Assembly: GCA_031409655.1 (NCBI GenBank)
Contig: JANNXQ010000194.1
Coordinates: 15,192-79,191 of the forward strand
DNA: 64,000 nt
Reading direction: 5' to 3'
Source of the DNA: Chthoniobacteraceae bacterium
GTDB taxonomy: Bacteria; Verrucomicrobiota; Verrucomicrobiia; Chthoniobacterales; Chthoniobacteraceae
Shown: positions 17,923 through 27,448 of the stretch, piece after piece
Layout: each line of letters begins with the position of its first letter
How positions within the stretch are numbered: position 1 is the first letter of the stretch
Notes under the pieces: generated by a model
What the model was told of the DNA's origin: nothing
Database searches by the model: none
Seen by the model: the letters and a program-made list of their open reading frames with translations, nothing else
Position numbers and translations under genes: made by a program

Positions 17923-18885
17923 ATGTCCGAATCCATCGGGAAAAAACTCAGCCAGACCCGCATCCAGCGTGGCCTTTCACTCGACGAAGCTGCCCACGCG
18001 ACAAAACTGCGCCCGGACAAGATCCTCGCCCTCGAAGCGTGCGACTACGCCAGCTTTCCGAGTAACTCCTACGCCCGCGGTTTCCTGCTCATCTATGGAC
18101 GGTTCCTAAAGGTCGATGTCTCGGAGGATGCCGCGGCGCTCGACACCGTGAATCGGCTCAGCGTCGAGGACTATCAATACCTGAGCAACGCCAACGAACC
18201 GCGCCCCGAGCCAAAGAACTATCTGCCAGACCTGAGCCGGCGGAAAAAGCCCTCGCTCGTGCCGTTGTTTGCCTTCTTCGGGGCGATCATCGTGCTCTTT
18301 TTCGGCTTCACCGCTTATGTGAACTGGCAGCGCATCCGCGGGGAGGTTTCGAGCAAGGAAAAGGCCGCCCAAACGGCCATCGTGGAGACCCAGCCCGAAC
18401 CCCTGCCGGAACCGGTTCGCGATCCGGTGCCCGCACCGGAAACGCCGGTCGCCGTCGCGCCCGAGACGCCACCAGTGGAAGAGGCGGCGGCACCTCCCGA
18501 ACCGATCGCGATGCCGCCAAAGCCAGGGGTTTCAGATCGTGAATTCATCGGCGCCTCACCAGCTCTCCTGGCGGAAATGGCCTCGAACGTTCCCGCTGGG
18601 GAAGTGACGCCGCCCGTGCCCAATCCCGACCGCGACCTGATCACGGCCACGCCCGTGCAGATGAACGAAGTCGAGATCGCCGTGGCCAAGACGACGTGGG
18701 TGAAGATCCGCAAGGACGACCCGAGCTCGAAGCCGATCTTCGAGGACTACCTCTACCCGCACACCCGCGGCCTGAAGCTCAAAGGCACCCGCTTTTTCAT
18801 CGAGGCGCGGGACTCCGGCTCTGTGGAGATCCGGAAGAATGGCGACCCGATCGCCTATCAGTCGCCCGGCGTGACGATTCAGTAG
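17923..18885 (+). CDS. rodZ: RodZ-like HTH membrane protein
   Basis: SIGKKLSQTRIQRGLSLDEAAHATKL...YARGFLLIYGRFL, one TM helix, Pro-rich linker, C-terminal beta domain; directly downstream of ftsK. Confidence 0.75.
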   Translation: MSESIGKKLSQTRIQRGLSLDEAAHATKLRPDKILALEACDYASFPSNSYARGFLLIYGRFLKVDVSEDAAALDTVNRLSVEDYQYLSNANEPRPEPKNYLPDLSRRKKPSLVPLFAFFGAIIVLFFGFTAYVNWQRIRGEVSSKEKAAQTAIVETQPEPLPEPVRDPVPAPETPVAVAPETPPVEEAAAPPEPIAMPPKPGVSDREFIGASPALLAEMASNVPAGEVTPPVPNPDRDLITATPVQMNEVEIAVAKTTWVKIRKDDPSSKPIFEDYLYPHTRGLKLKGTRFFIEARDSGSVEIRKNGDPIAYQSPGVTIQ

Positions 18886-18943
18886 GCAGCGGTCCGTCGG
18901 CGCGGGATTGTCGAACGCTGACCACCGCGACTACGCTCCCCGG

Positions 18944-19897
18944 ATGTCCGCCCCCAGCCCGACGCTCAGCGTCCTGATGCCCGTCTTTGACGCCGAACGC
19001 TACCTCGCGGGGGCGATCGAGAGCGTCCTGGCGCAGACCGAGCGGGGCTTTCAATTTGTGATCGTCGATGATGGCTCGCGCGATCAATCGCCAGCGATCA
19101 TCGCGCGTTTCGCCCAGCAGGACCGGCGTATCCAGGTCGTCACGCAGGCAAACACCGGGGTCGCCGGTTCGCTGAATGCCGGCCTCGCCCAATGCACCGG
19201 CGAACTGGTCTTCCGGATGGATGCGGACGATCTCTCGCTGCCCACGCGTTTCGCGGTGCAGGTGGCCGAGATGCAGCGGCGGCCCGAGATCGTCGCCCTC
19301 GGGACCGCCGTCATTTTCACCGACTCCGAAGCGCGTCCGCTGAAGGTCTATCGGCCTCCGCTCGAGCCGGCCGTGATCGAGGCGGAGTTGACGGATGGAA
19401 ATGGCGGCGCGCTGGTGCATCCGACGGTGGTCTTTCGCCGGGCGGCGCTGCTCGCCTGCGGCGGGTATCGGACAAAGTACGACTTCATCGAGGACCTCGA
19501 CCTCTACGTGCGGCTGCTCGGCCACGGCCCGCTCGCGAATCTCGCCGAGCCACTCTTCCACTACCGGCAGCACGCCCAGAGCGTGAACCATCGGCTCGGC
19601 CATCGCGACGCGATGACGGCCGAGATCGTCGCCCCGCTGCGCGCCCGGAAAGGGCTGCCGCCCTGGCCGGGCCGGGGCATGAACGGCCTGCCGGGAGGGC
19701 TGAGCGAGGATGCTTGCCGGAGGAAATGGGCGCTCGATGCCGCCGAGGGCGGCAACTTTGCCACCGCCCGCGCCAATGCCCTCGCTGCGGTCCTCAACAA
19801 ACCGTGGAACCGCAAAAACTGGGCGTGCCTCCGCTATGTCCGCAGCCTGCGGGCCGGGACAACCGGAGACGGCGCCAGGCGCGAGGGGCTGCGGTAG
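18944..19897 (+). CDS. Family 2 glycosyltransferase
   Basis: SVLMPVFD, IVDDGSRD, RMDADD, HPTVVFR, EDLDL. Confidence 0.92.
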   Translation: MSAPSPTLSVLMPVFDAERYLAGAIESVLAQTERGFQFVIVDDGSRDQSPAIIARFAQQDRRIQVVTQANTGVAGSLNAGLAQCTGELVFRMDADDLSLPTRFAVQVAEMQRRPEIVALGTAVIFTDSEARPLKVYRPPLEPAVIEAELTDGNGGALVHPTVVFRRAALLACGGYRTKYDFIEDLDLYVRLLGHGPLANLAEPLFHYRQHAQSVNHRLGHRDAMTAEIVAPLRARKGLPPWPGRGMNGLPGGLSEDACRRKWALDAAEGGNFATARANALAAVLNKPWNRKNWACLRYVRSLRAGTTGDGARREGLR

Positions 19898-19963
19898 CCC
19901 GGCTCGGGCCGCCTTTTTGCTCGCGTTCCCCAGCGGGCGGCGCTTCTTTGACTGCCTTTTCCC

Positions 19964-21643
19964 ATGGAGACTAATTCTGACGCGGACGCACCGCCCCCTG
20001 CCACGCCCGACCAACTCCCCGCTGCCGAACTCCCCTCGGAGGCGCCGCTCGATCCCGAGGTCGAACCGGGGGAAGCCGCCGAGGAGGAAGTCGCCGGTGG
20101 GCCCGCGACCGCCCTCTCGGAACTCGTCGCCTCGGCCGCTCGCGGGCGCCTTTCAGGGGCTGAAGAGGAACGGGGCACCGGGCTCCTCAAAGAGTTGCTG
20201 CAAGGGGGTCGCTCTGGCGTCGCCCTGGCCGTGGCCGCGCTGCCGCAGCTTCCGTGGCTCGTCGGCATCCGCGCGGTCGAGACGGTCTGGCCGGAACTCA
20301 CCGCCGGCTTCCGCACCCAGCTCGTCTCGGGACTTGCGAAAGATGAGACCGACGCCGCGCGCCGCATGCGCCTGAGCCTCGCGCGCGCGCTTTTCAAACT
20401 CGACCCGCCAGTCGGGCTGAAGATCGCCGTGAGTGTCGCGAAAGAAATGCGCGACAAGGAATCCGGCCTGGTCGCGCCGAGGGATGCGCAGATGTTTTCC
20501 AATGTGTTCATCGGCCGCGCGCGCCCGTGGGTGGCGCTGCTGCCGCTCGCGGAATTGAAGCCCGCAGAGGGCGACTTGCTCACCCACGTCGCGCTGCTCG
20601 TCGCTTTCAGCCTGCCGCATCCGCCGGTCACGCAACTCGGGGTGCTGAAGTGGGTCCACGAGAGCGGTCGTCTCAGCAAGCTGCCCGAGGCCGCGCTTGC
20701 CGCGGTGATCGCCGGGGTGGGCCGGTGGAATGCGAAATGGCAGAACGTCCTGCGCAAGGAAGTCGCGGAGCTGCCCGAGGAAATCCTCGCCGCGCTGCGT
20801 CCGCCGACCGCCGATGAGCCGGAAGCCGCGAGTGACGAGCCGTCTGAAAATGCGACCACGGACGATGCGCCCGTCGGCGAGGAAGGTGCCGACGCGCCGC
20901 CCCGCCGCGCGCGCCCCGTGTATGTCTCCCGGCAGGAGGAAGCGCGCCGGAAGGCGATCGCCGAAGGGACGCTGCCACCCGATGCGGAGCTGCCGGCCAC
21001 CTTGGCCGAGCCCTTGGCGCGGGAGGAGGAAGATGAGGACGAGGAAGATGACGAGGAGGAGGAGGAAGCGGCCGAGCCGAAGCCGGCGCGCGGGGGCCGT
21101 GATTTTCGCGAGCCCCGCGAAGGCCGCGAATCCCGCCAGGCGCAGGGTGGCCGGGGTCAGCAATTCAACCTCCCGCAGATGCTCCGGCAGATCGAGTCGC
21201 ACGTCAGTTCGCTGAAGGCGGAGATCGAGAACGCAAAGTCCAAGCTGCGCAACCGTGACCACGAGGCCGAGCGCGCCGCGCGCCGCAAGCCCGACGTGCC
21301 GGTGATTGCCGGGGAGCCGACGCCCGAAGAACTCGCCCGCCTGAACCGCCAGCTCGAACTGCGCAACGACGAACTCCAGAGCCGCATCGGCGAACTCACC
21401 CAGCACGCCGAGGACATGGCCGCCGCCTCCGGCGCCCTGAGCGATCAACCCGTCACCGATCCCGACGCCCAGCTCCGCGCCCTGCTCGCGCTCAAGCTCC
21501 AGGAGGACTACGAAGATTTCTGCGCGCTGGAAAAGGAAGGCAACGACGTCGTGGTCCAGCAACACTACCGCACGCTCATCGGCCACCTTTTCGAAGTCCT
21601 CCTCGCCAACGGCGTCCCACTCAAGGCTGGCGAAGGACAGTGA
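19964..21643 (+). CDS. Hypothetical protein: helical N-terminus, acidic linker, C-terminal coiled coil
   Basis: 559-aa ORF with native codon bias; poly-E/D tract; heptad pattern LRQIESHVSSLKAEIENAKSKL. Confidence 0.75.
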   Translation: METNSDADAPPPATPDQLPAAELPSEAPLDPEVEPGEAAEEEVAGGPATALSELVASAARGRLSGAEEERGTGLLKELLQGGRSGVALAVAALPQLPWLVGIRAVETVWPELTAGFRTQLVSGLAKDETDAARRMRLSLARALFKLDPPVGLKIAVSVAKEMRDKESGLVAPRDAQMFSNVFIGRARPWVALLPLAELKPAEGDLLTHVALLVAFSLPHPPVTQLGVLKWVHESGRLSKLPEAALAAVIAGVGRWNAKWQNVLRKEVAELPEEILAALRPPTADEPEAASDEPSENATTDDAPVGEEGADAPPRRARPVYVSRQEEARRKAIAEGTLPPDAELPATLAEPLAREEEDEDEEDDEEEEEAAEPKPARGGRDFREPREGRESRQAQGGRGQQFNLPQMLRQIESHVSSLKAEIENAKSKLRNRDHEAERAARRKPDVPVIAGEPTPEELARLNRQLELRNDELQSRIGELTQHAEDMAAASGALSDQPVTDPDAQLRALLALKLQEDYEDFCALEKEGNDVVVQQHYRTLIGHLFEVLLANGVPLKAGEGQ

Positions 21644-21907
21644 AGAAGGGGGCAGGGGGCAGGGATATTTTTCAAGAATGGGGCTCGAACCAGCCCGAAC
21701 AAGTCAACTATAGTTGTTATATTAATATCGGCGATCGTCCTACGCTGCCTCGGTCCAGCGACCGGAAGCCGTTTTTGCCGCTTTTCAAAGTAAGTCTGCG
21801 CTTCCGTCGCGAGCGGGTGGCGCGGCAGCCAATAGGCCGCGGAACCGCTCGCCCCAGGCTCCCGTCTTCTTTATCAAGCGAGCCCCCCTCCCTCGCGTCG
21901 TGAACTT

Positions 21908-22038
21908 GAACCTATCCCAAAACGATGGTGTGTGCGCCTGCTTCTCCTTCTTCCACTCTTTCTGCTTAGGACACGCCTTGGAAGAAAAGGAAGGAAAAGA
22001 AGGAGCAGGAGAGTCGCCGCCGGTTTCGGGATTGGTTC
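21908..22038. repeat. 131-bp MITE-like palindromic element
   Basis: Ends GAACCTATCCCAAAAC / GTTTCGGGATTGGTTC (inverted, 2 mismatches); inner pyrimidine arm CCTGCTTCTCCTTCTTCC is loosely complementary to purine arm GGAAAAGAAGGAGCAGG. Confidence 0.6.
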
Positions 22039-22153
22039 CGATGTTTCGGCGATCGGGAGACACTGCCGCCGCGCCGCACCGACAGTTTCCTTGCGCGAGG
22101 CGGCCCGCACTTTCTGACTTCCCAGCACCGCGCGGATGCGGAAGATCGTCGGC

Positions 22154-23371
22154 ATGTTCCGACGCTCTTTTCTTCACCTCGGGCTTGCCGCTTTCACATC
22201 GCTATCCGTCGCCACGCTCGCCGCCGATTGGCCGTACTGGCGCGGCCCGCAGCGCAACGGCGTCTCGGAAGAGAAGGGCTTCGTCACCGCCTGGCCGTCC
22301 GGCGAGCCGCCGATCGCCTGGCGCGCGAAAGTCGGGCTCGGGATGTCGTCGATCGCCGTCGGGGGCGGGCGGGCTTTCACCGCCGGGCACGAGGGGAAAC
22401 AGGACACCGTCTTCTGCTTCGACGCGGTCAGCGGTAAAGAGGTTTGGAAACACAGTTACGCCGCCGAGCTGGGCGACGTTTATTACGAAGGTGGCACCAC
22501 CGGCACGCCGACCCTCGACGGCGACCGCCTCTACTGGCTGAGCCGCTGGGGCGACGCCTTTTGCTTCGAGGCCGCGACCGGAAAGATCGTGTGGTCGAAA
22601 AACGTGCAGAAGGAAAGCGGCGCTCCTGTACCGGATTGGGGTTTCACCGGCGCGCCGCTGGTCCAGGGCGATCTGCTCATCTGCAATGTCGGCGATGCTG
22701 GCCTCGCGCTCGAAAAGTCCACCGGCAAAGTCGTCTGGAAATCCGCGGAGAAAGATTGCGGCTACTCGACGCCGCTCCCCTTCGAGCGCGATGGCAGGAA
22801 GCTCGTGGTCCTGGCCTCCGCGCAAAGCTACGTCGCCGTGAACCCACGCGACGGTAAGGAAGCGTGGCGCGTCCGCCACCTCACCCAATACAACGTCAAC
22901 GCCGCCGATCCGGTGATCGACGGCGACCGCGTCTTCCTCTCCACCGGCTACGGCAAAGGCTCCGCGCTCTTCCGCATCGGCTCCGGCGAACCCGAGCAAC
23001 TCTGGAAGTCGAAGGCGCTGCGGACGCAAATGAACGCCGCCGTCCTTTCCGAAGGCCACCTGTTCGGAGCCGACGGCGACACCACCGAGAAAGCCGCGCT
23101 CAAGTGCCTCGACTTCGCCACCGGCCAGGAAAAGTGGGCGCAGCCGAACTTCGGCAGCGGCGCCGTGATCATCGCCGACGGCCAACTCATCGCTCTCAGC
23201 GGAATCGGCGAATTACTGATCGCCCCAGCCTCCCCCGAAGCCTTCAAACCCACGACCCGTGCCCAAGTCCTAGGCGGCAAATGCTGGACTGCTCCCGTCC
23301 TCGCCAACGGCCTCATCTACTGCCGCAACTCCCGGGGCGAGATCGCGGCGGTCGATGCGCGGAAGAAATGA
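22154..23371 (+). CDS. PQQ-like beta-propeller (BamB-like) exported protein
   Basis: Signal peptide; ADWPYWRGPQRNG; repeated CFDAVSGKEVW / CFEAATGKIVW / CLDFATGQEKW blades. Confidence 0.88.
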   Translation: MFRRSFLHLGLAAFTSLSVATLAADWPYWRGPQRNGVSEEKGFVTAWPSGEPPIAWRAKVGLGMSSIAVGGGRAFTAGHEGKQDTVFCFDAVSGKEVWKHSYAAELGDVYYEGGTTGTPTLDGDRLYWLSRWGDAFCFEAATGKIVWSKNVQKESGAPVPDWGFTGAPLVQGDLLICNVGDAGLALEKSTGKVVWKSAEKDCGYSTPLPFERDGRKLVVLASAQSYVAVNPRDGKEAWRVRHLTQYNVNAADPVIDGDRVFLSTGYGKGSALFRIGSGEPEQLWKSKALRTQMNAAVLSEGHLFGADGDTTEKAALKCLDFATGQEKWAQPNFGSGAVIIADGQLIALSGIGELLIAPASPEAFKPTTRAQVLGGKCWTAPVLANGLIYCRNSRGEIAAVDARKK

Positions 23372-23442
23372 TTACCCGTTCATCGAAAGGAAGAACCGCG
23401 AAGTCGATTGAAACGCGTGAACCAATTCCCATAGAGAGATGA

Positions 23443-23898
23443 TTGGCGGTAGATATCAAATGGCGCCCCGAAACACTGCCACTGCAAATACGAAACATGG
23501 CCCTCGACCCATACGAAGTTCTTTACGGATCCAAGGCAACGGAAGACTCGCTGCCTCCTGAAATCCACAATCCTCCCGACTCTAACGTTGGAGAGTTTGC
23601 GTCGGGATTTTCTCGCGGAATAGATTCAGTTCAGAAAATGTGGTTCAAAGGAGGTGAGTTTGTTTCTACCTCTATGGGTTGGGAGGCGGAGAAAAACTAC
23701 TTCCAAGGGAAGGTTCGGCTAAATGCGGTTGAGATTACCAACGAACCCAGTGGCGTTCCTACACTGCAAGATATTACTGGGCCATTTTCGCTTTCGCACT
23801 ATTGCGCGAGCCAACTCGGTCAAGGACTCCCTCTAATTCTACTGGCCGTTACTTTCACGCTTCTCTATTTCCGTCTTCTCAACCGTCGCGCAAAATAG
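23443..23898 (+). CDS. Hypothetical protein with C-terminal TM helix, AT-rich
   Basis: Open frame in a visibly AT-rich patch; ends LPLILLAVTFTLLYFRLLNRRAK; start uncertain. Confidence 0.5.
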   Translation: MAVDIKWRPETLPLQIRNMALDPYEVLYGSKATEDSLPPEIHNPPDSNVGEFASGFSRGIDSVQKMWFKGGEFVSTSMGWEAEKNYFQGKVRLNAVEITNEPSGVPTLQDITGPFSLSHYCASQLGQGLPLILLAVTFTLLYFRLLNRRAK

Positions 23899-23960
23899 AC
23901 AGCGCCCCTTGTCTCCGCCGCGACCTTGGCGGCTTTCGCTACGTCGGGTAGTCTCCCCCC

Positions 23961-24002
23961 ATGAATCTCCTCGAACGCATCACCGTCGAGACCGGGAAAT
24001 GA
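23961..24002 (+). pseudogene. DUF433-family antitoxin N-terminal remnant
   Basis: MNLLERITVETGK* matches the usual DUF433 start (...RIT.xPGKCGGRPCIRG), then similarity stops. Confidence 0.55.
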
Positions 24003-24106
24003 AAGGAACACGAGGGGTCAAGGCTTACAAATCGAAACTCGCCCGTTTTGGCACGTAAAGTCTGCGAAAGTGACGGAGAGATGGAACCACTCGCGTGCGG
24101 CAGCGA

Positions 24107-24565
24107 TCAAAGCAGCCGCGGATCGAAGGTGAAAGGTTCCGGCTTTCCGATGACGATCTTCCGGAAGTCGGAATGAGCCGCGTTGAGCAGGTAGTTCGAT
24201 TCGCCGGGGATGATCGCGCTGGGGAGTTCCAGGACGGCGGAGCGGGCCTGTTTCACCCATTGATCGCCAATGGCCTTGGTCGATGGCGGCGGTGGTTCGT
24301 CTTTCCAATCGGACGGCAGTGCGGTAGTGCGGATGGTTTCGACGCGCGCGTCATCGAAGGTGATGGAGAAGGCGAGATACCGAAAGAGCACCGGGGGATT
24401 CAAGTGGACGAGGGTTTCGAGGGCAGCGAGCGACTGGGTGTCACTGGCATACACGACCCAGGTGCCGCGGGAGTTCCATCGACCGCCGACTCGCGACGCG
24501 CCTTTGCCGGTGAAGGCGCTGGCGGCGTGTCGCGCTTTCACGATGCGCCACGCGTGCCGCTTCAC
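24107..24565 (-). CDS. RES-domain toxin
   Basis: GTG overlaps the antitoxin stop; AWRIVK, GGRWNSRG, VVYAS, SLAALETLVH, LELPSAIIPGESNYLLNAAH. Confidence 0.92.
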   Translation of the reverse strand: MKRHAWRIVKARHAASAFTGKGASRVGGRWNSRGTWVVYASDTQSLAALETLVHLNPPVLFRYLAFSITFDDARVETIRTTALPSDWKDEPPPPSTKAIGDQWVKQARSAVLELPSAIIPGESNYLLNAAHSDFRKIVIGKPEPFTFDPRLL

Positions 24566-25005
24566 GAATAGACGCCGTATTCGATGCGCCCGAGCAGATC
24601 CTCCACTTCCCGGGCGCCCACTTCGGTCTCCGCGTATTCCAGGGGAATGGCGCCGCCAAGTCCGATTTGGGGAGCGTTCAGCCATTGGCGGGCGGCTTCC
24701 ACGGAATCGAGCACTTCGATGGCCCGGCCCATGAGGCGCGAGTAACGCACGACACGATCCGACTCGGCGGGGTCCAGCCGGCCAGCGGCCTTGCGCCGGT
24801 GCAGGGTCGCCTTGGAGATGCCGAGCATCGGAAGGAGGCGTTCCATGGGCAGGGCGAGACTGGCCTGCAATGCTTCAAGCTCGCGGAATGGCAGTCCAGC
24901 CTTGAGCGACGCAATGAGCTTCGCGGTGGTCGGTGCAACCTTGCGGCGCAAGGCCGCAGTCGGAGTGCTGCGCCCAGCTTCGGGTTTGGTGGATGCCTTG
25001 ATCAT
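24562..25005 (-). CDS. Xre/MbcA/ParS-type antitoxin (TIGR02293-like)
   Basis: GLPF, LGISKATLHRRK, ESDRVVR, WLNAPQIGLGGAIPL, LLGRIEYGVYS; coupled to the RES gene. Confidence 0.92.
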   Translation of the reverse strand: MIKASTKPEAGRSTPTAALRRKVAPTTAKLIASLKAGLPFRELEALQASLALPMERLLPMLGISKATLHRRKAAGRLDPAESDRVVRYSRLMGRAIEVLDSVEAARQWLNAPQIGLGGAIPLEYAETEVGAREVEDLLGRIEYGVYS

Positions 25006-25116
25006 TCGAGACTTCTAATCGTCTCATTTGCATTTCGCGTCAACGGCCGCCTGGGTTGACGGACTCGCGGAGTGGCGGATTGCTCACCCGACGTTCGGCA
25101 AGATATGGGTTTCCCC

Positions 25117-26439
25117 ATGAATCCCTCTCGTCGCACCTTTCTCCAAACCTCCATCGCAGCGGGCGCCGCCTTCACCGCCGCACCTTTCATTCGGGCGGCC
25201 GAGCCGGCGAAAAAATATCGCACGGCGCTGATAGGCTCGGGGTGGTGGGGAAAGAATATCCTCAAGGAGGCGCTGGCTTCGGGGCGGTGCAAGGCGGTGG
25301 CGCTCGCGGATGTGGATGCCACGGTGCTCGAACTTTCCGCCGAGCAGGTGAACGACTGGAGTGGCGATACGCCGAAGACTTACCCCGACTACCGCGAACT
25401 ACTGGCGAAGGAGAAACCGGACATCGTGATCATCGCCACGCCGGATCATTGGCACGCGCTGAATACCATTGAGGCGCTGAAGAGTGGCGCGCATGTCTTT
25501 GTCGAGAAGCCGACGGGACACACGGTGAATGAAAGTCGCGCGATGCTCCGGGCGGCGCGGGAGAGCGGGAAGATGGTGCAGGTGGGGATGCACCGGCGGA
25601 TCGGGCCACATCATCTGAGCGGGATGAAGTTTCTCAAATCGGGCGCGGTCGGCGATGTGGGCATGGTCCGGCTTTTTGCGCATGGCGGTGGCGATGTGGA
25701 GAAACCGGCGCCGAATGAAAAGACGCCCGATGGCCTGGATTGGAACTTCTGGTGCGGGCCGGCGCCGCTGCGGCCTTTTAACAAGAAGCTGCACCCCGGC
25801 GGCTGGCGGAACTTCCTCGATTACGCCAATGGCACGCTCGGCGATTGGGGGCCGCATTGGCTCGACCAGGTCCTGTGGTGGAGTGGGGAGCAGTATCCGA
25901 AGCGCGTCTTCTGCGCGGGCGGAAGGAACATCCGCGGAGCGGCGGTGAATGACGCCAGCGGCCAGACCAGCGATGCGCCGGATCATCAGGTGGCCACTTA
26001 CGAATTTGAAAAGTTCACCTGCGTCTGGGAGCACCGGCGCTTTGGCGATAACAACAACGAGAAGCATAAGATCGGGGCTTACTTTTACGGCACCAAAGGC
26101 GTGCTGCACATCGGCTGGCGCGATGGCTGGACCTTCTACCCGGCGGCGAAAGGCGGGAAGACCGAGCATGAGGATTCGCAGCTTCAGGAGCCGGATGGAC
26201 ATAACATCGCGCTGCTCTGGGCGGACTTCATCGCGGCGCTCGATCAGCGCCGCGCACCGGTCGCGAGCATCGAGCTGGCGCACAAGGCGAGTGTGCTGCC
26301 GCTCCTCGGGATGATCTCGTGGCGCACTGGGCGCAGTCTCCAATGGGATGGCGCGAAGGAGGAGATCGTCGGTGATGCGGAGGCGAGTCAGTTACTCAGC
26401 CGGCCTTATCGCGCGCCGTGGATTTATCCGACGGTGTAG
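25117..26439 (+). CDS. Tat-exported Gfo/Idh/MocA oxidoreductase
   Basis: SRRTFL Tat motif; IGSGWWG, ATPDHWH, VEKP, LDWNFWCGPAP, DWGPHWLD. Confidence 0.9.
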   Translation: MNPSRRTFLQTSIAAGAAFTAAPFIRAAEPAKKYRTALIGSGWWGKNILKEALASGRCKAVALADVDATVLELSAEQVNDWSGDTPKTYPDYRELLAKEKPDIVIIATPDHWHALNTIEALKSGAHVFVEKPTGHTVNESRAMLRAARESGKMVQVGMHRRIGPHHLSGMKFLKSGAVGDVGMVRLFAHGGGDVEKPAPNEKTPDGLDWNFWCGPAPLRPFNKKLHPGGWRNFLDYANGTLGDWGPHWLDQVLWWSGEQYPKRVFCAGGRNIRGAAVNDASGQTSDAPDHQVATYEFEKFTCVWEHRRFGDNNNEKHKIGAYFYGTKGVLHIGWRDGWTFYPAAKGGKTEHEDSQLQEPDGHNIALLWADFIAALDQRRAPVASIELAHKASVLPLLGMISWRTGRSLQWDGAKEEIVGDAEASQLLSRPYRAPWIYPTV

Positions 26440-26442
26440 GCG

Positions 26443-27435
26443 TCAGCGGGCGGCGGCTTCCGCCTCCAGCGCGAGGCGGGAGGCGCGGAGGCAATCGGCG
26501 GTGCGGAGTTCCGCGAGTTCCGGCTGTTGGCGGATTTCGTTCAGAAAATCGGAGAGATAAGGGCGCGTCTGCGCGGGTGCGGCGGGACGCTGCTGCGGGG
26601 CGGTGTCGGTGTCGGTGATGACGGTGACTTCCTTCGCCATGAGATGTGTCTCGGCCAGGCCGCGGGTACCGTGAACGGTGAGGCGCCAGTAGTAGGGGAG
26701 TGTGTAGCCGAGCTTGTCGGGCGCGAGGTAGGAGAGGTCGGCGGTGACGCCGGCGCCGTTGTCGAGTTCGGCGAGGAATTGCGCGCAGTCATGGAAGTGC
26801 GGGAACTCGCGCGGCTTCGCATTCCAGGTGCGCGCGCCGACGATCCGACGCCAGCCAAGGCCGGTCATCCACGGGATGAAGTCGAAGGCGTGGATGGCGA
26901 TGTCGTTGATGGTGCCGCCGTGTTTGCCGGGCTCGAAGTACCAGCCGGGCCGCGTGCCGAGGAGGAGCGGGTGCTGGCCGTCGATGCGGATGGTGGCGAT
27001 GTCGCCGAGTTCACCGGCGCGGATGATTTCGCGGAGCTTGAGGAAGGCGCCGTAGCCGCGACTGTCGAGTTGCAGGAAGACGCTGAGGCCGCGCTCGCTC
27101 GCGAGGCGTTCGATGGTGGCCTGTTCTTCCGGCGTGGTGCAGAGAGGTTTGTCGCCGAGGACATGCTTGCCCGCTTCGAGCGCGGCGATGACCAGCGCAC
27201 CGCGCTTTGCGTAGTAGTCGCCGATCGCGATGGCGTCGCACTCCACCTCGCGGAGCATCGTGGCGAAATCCGTGTGGGTGATCTGCACGCGACCGGCGGC
27301 GGCGAGCGACTCGCGGGCGGCGGCATCTTCCTCGCAGCAGGCGACCACTTCGGTGTCATCGCGCTCTTCGGCACCGGTGAGAAGGTCGAGAACGTGGCCG
27401 TGGCGAAAGCCAGCGAAGGCGAAGCGGGTTTTCAT
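26443..27435 (-). CDS. Gfo/Idh/MocA oxidoreductase
   Basis: AGFRHGH, GKHVLGDKP, GGTINDIAIHAFD. Confidence 0.88.
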   Translation of the reverse strand: MKTRFAFAGFRHGHVLDLLTGAEERDDTEVVACCEEDAAARESLAAAGRVQITHTDFATMLREVECDAIAIGDYYAKRGALVIAALEAGKHVLGDKPLCTTPEEQATIERLASERGLSVFLQLDSRGYGAFLKLREIIRAGELGDIATIRIDGQHPLLLGTRPGWYFEPGKHGGTINDIAIHAFDFIPWMTGLGWRRIVGARTWNAKPREFPHFHDCAQFLAELDNGAGVTADLSYLAPDKLGYTLPYYWRLTVHGTRGLAETHLMAKEVTVITDTDTAPQQRPAAPAQTRPYLSDFLNEIRQQPELAELRTADCLRASRLALEAEAAAR

Positions 27436-27448
27436 AGGCGGGACGTGT

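Noticed and set aside
24049..24065. TGGCACGTAAAGTCTGC as a sigma-54 promoter
   Set aside because: GG-to-GC spacing is 12, not 10
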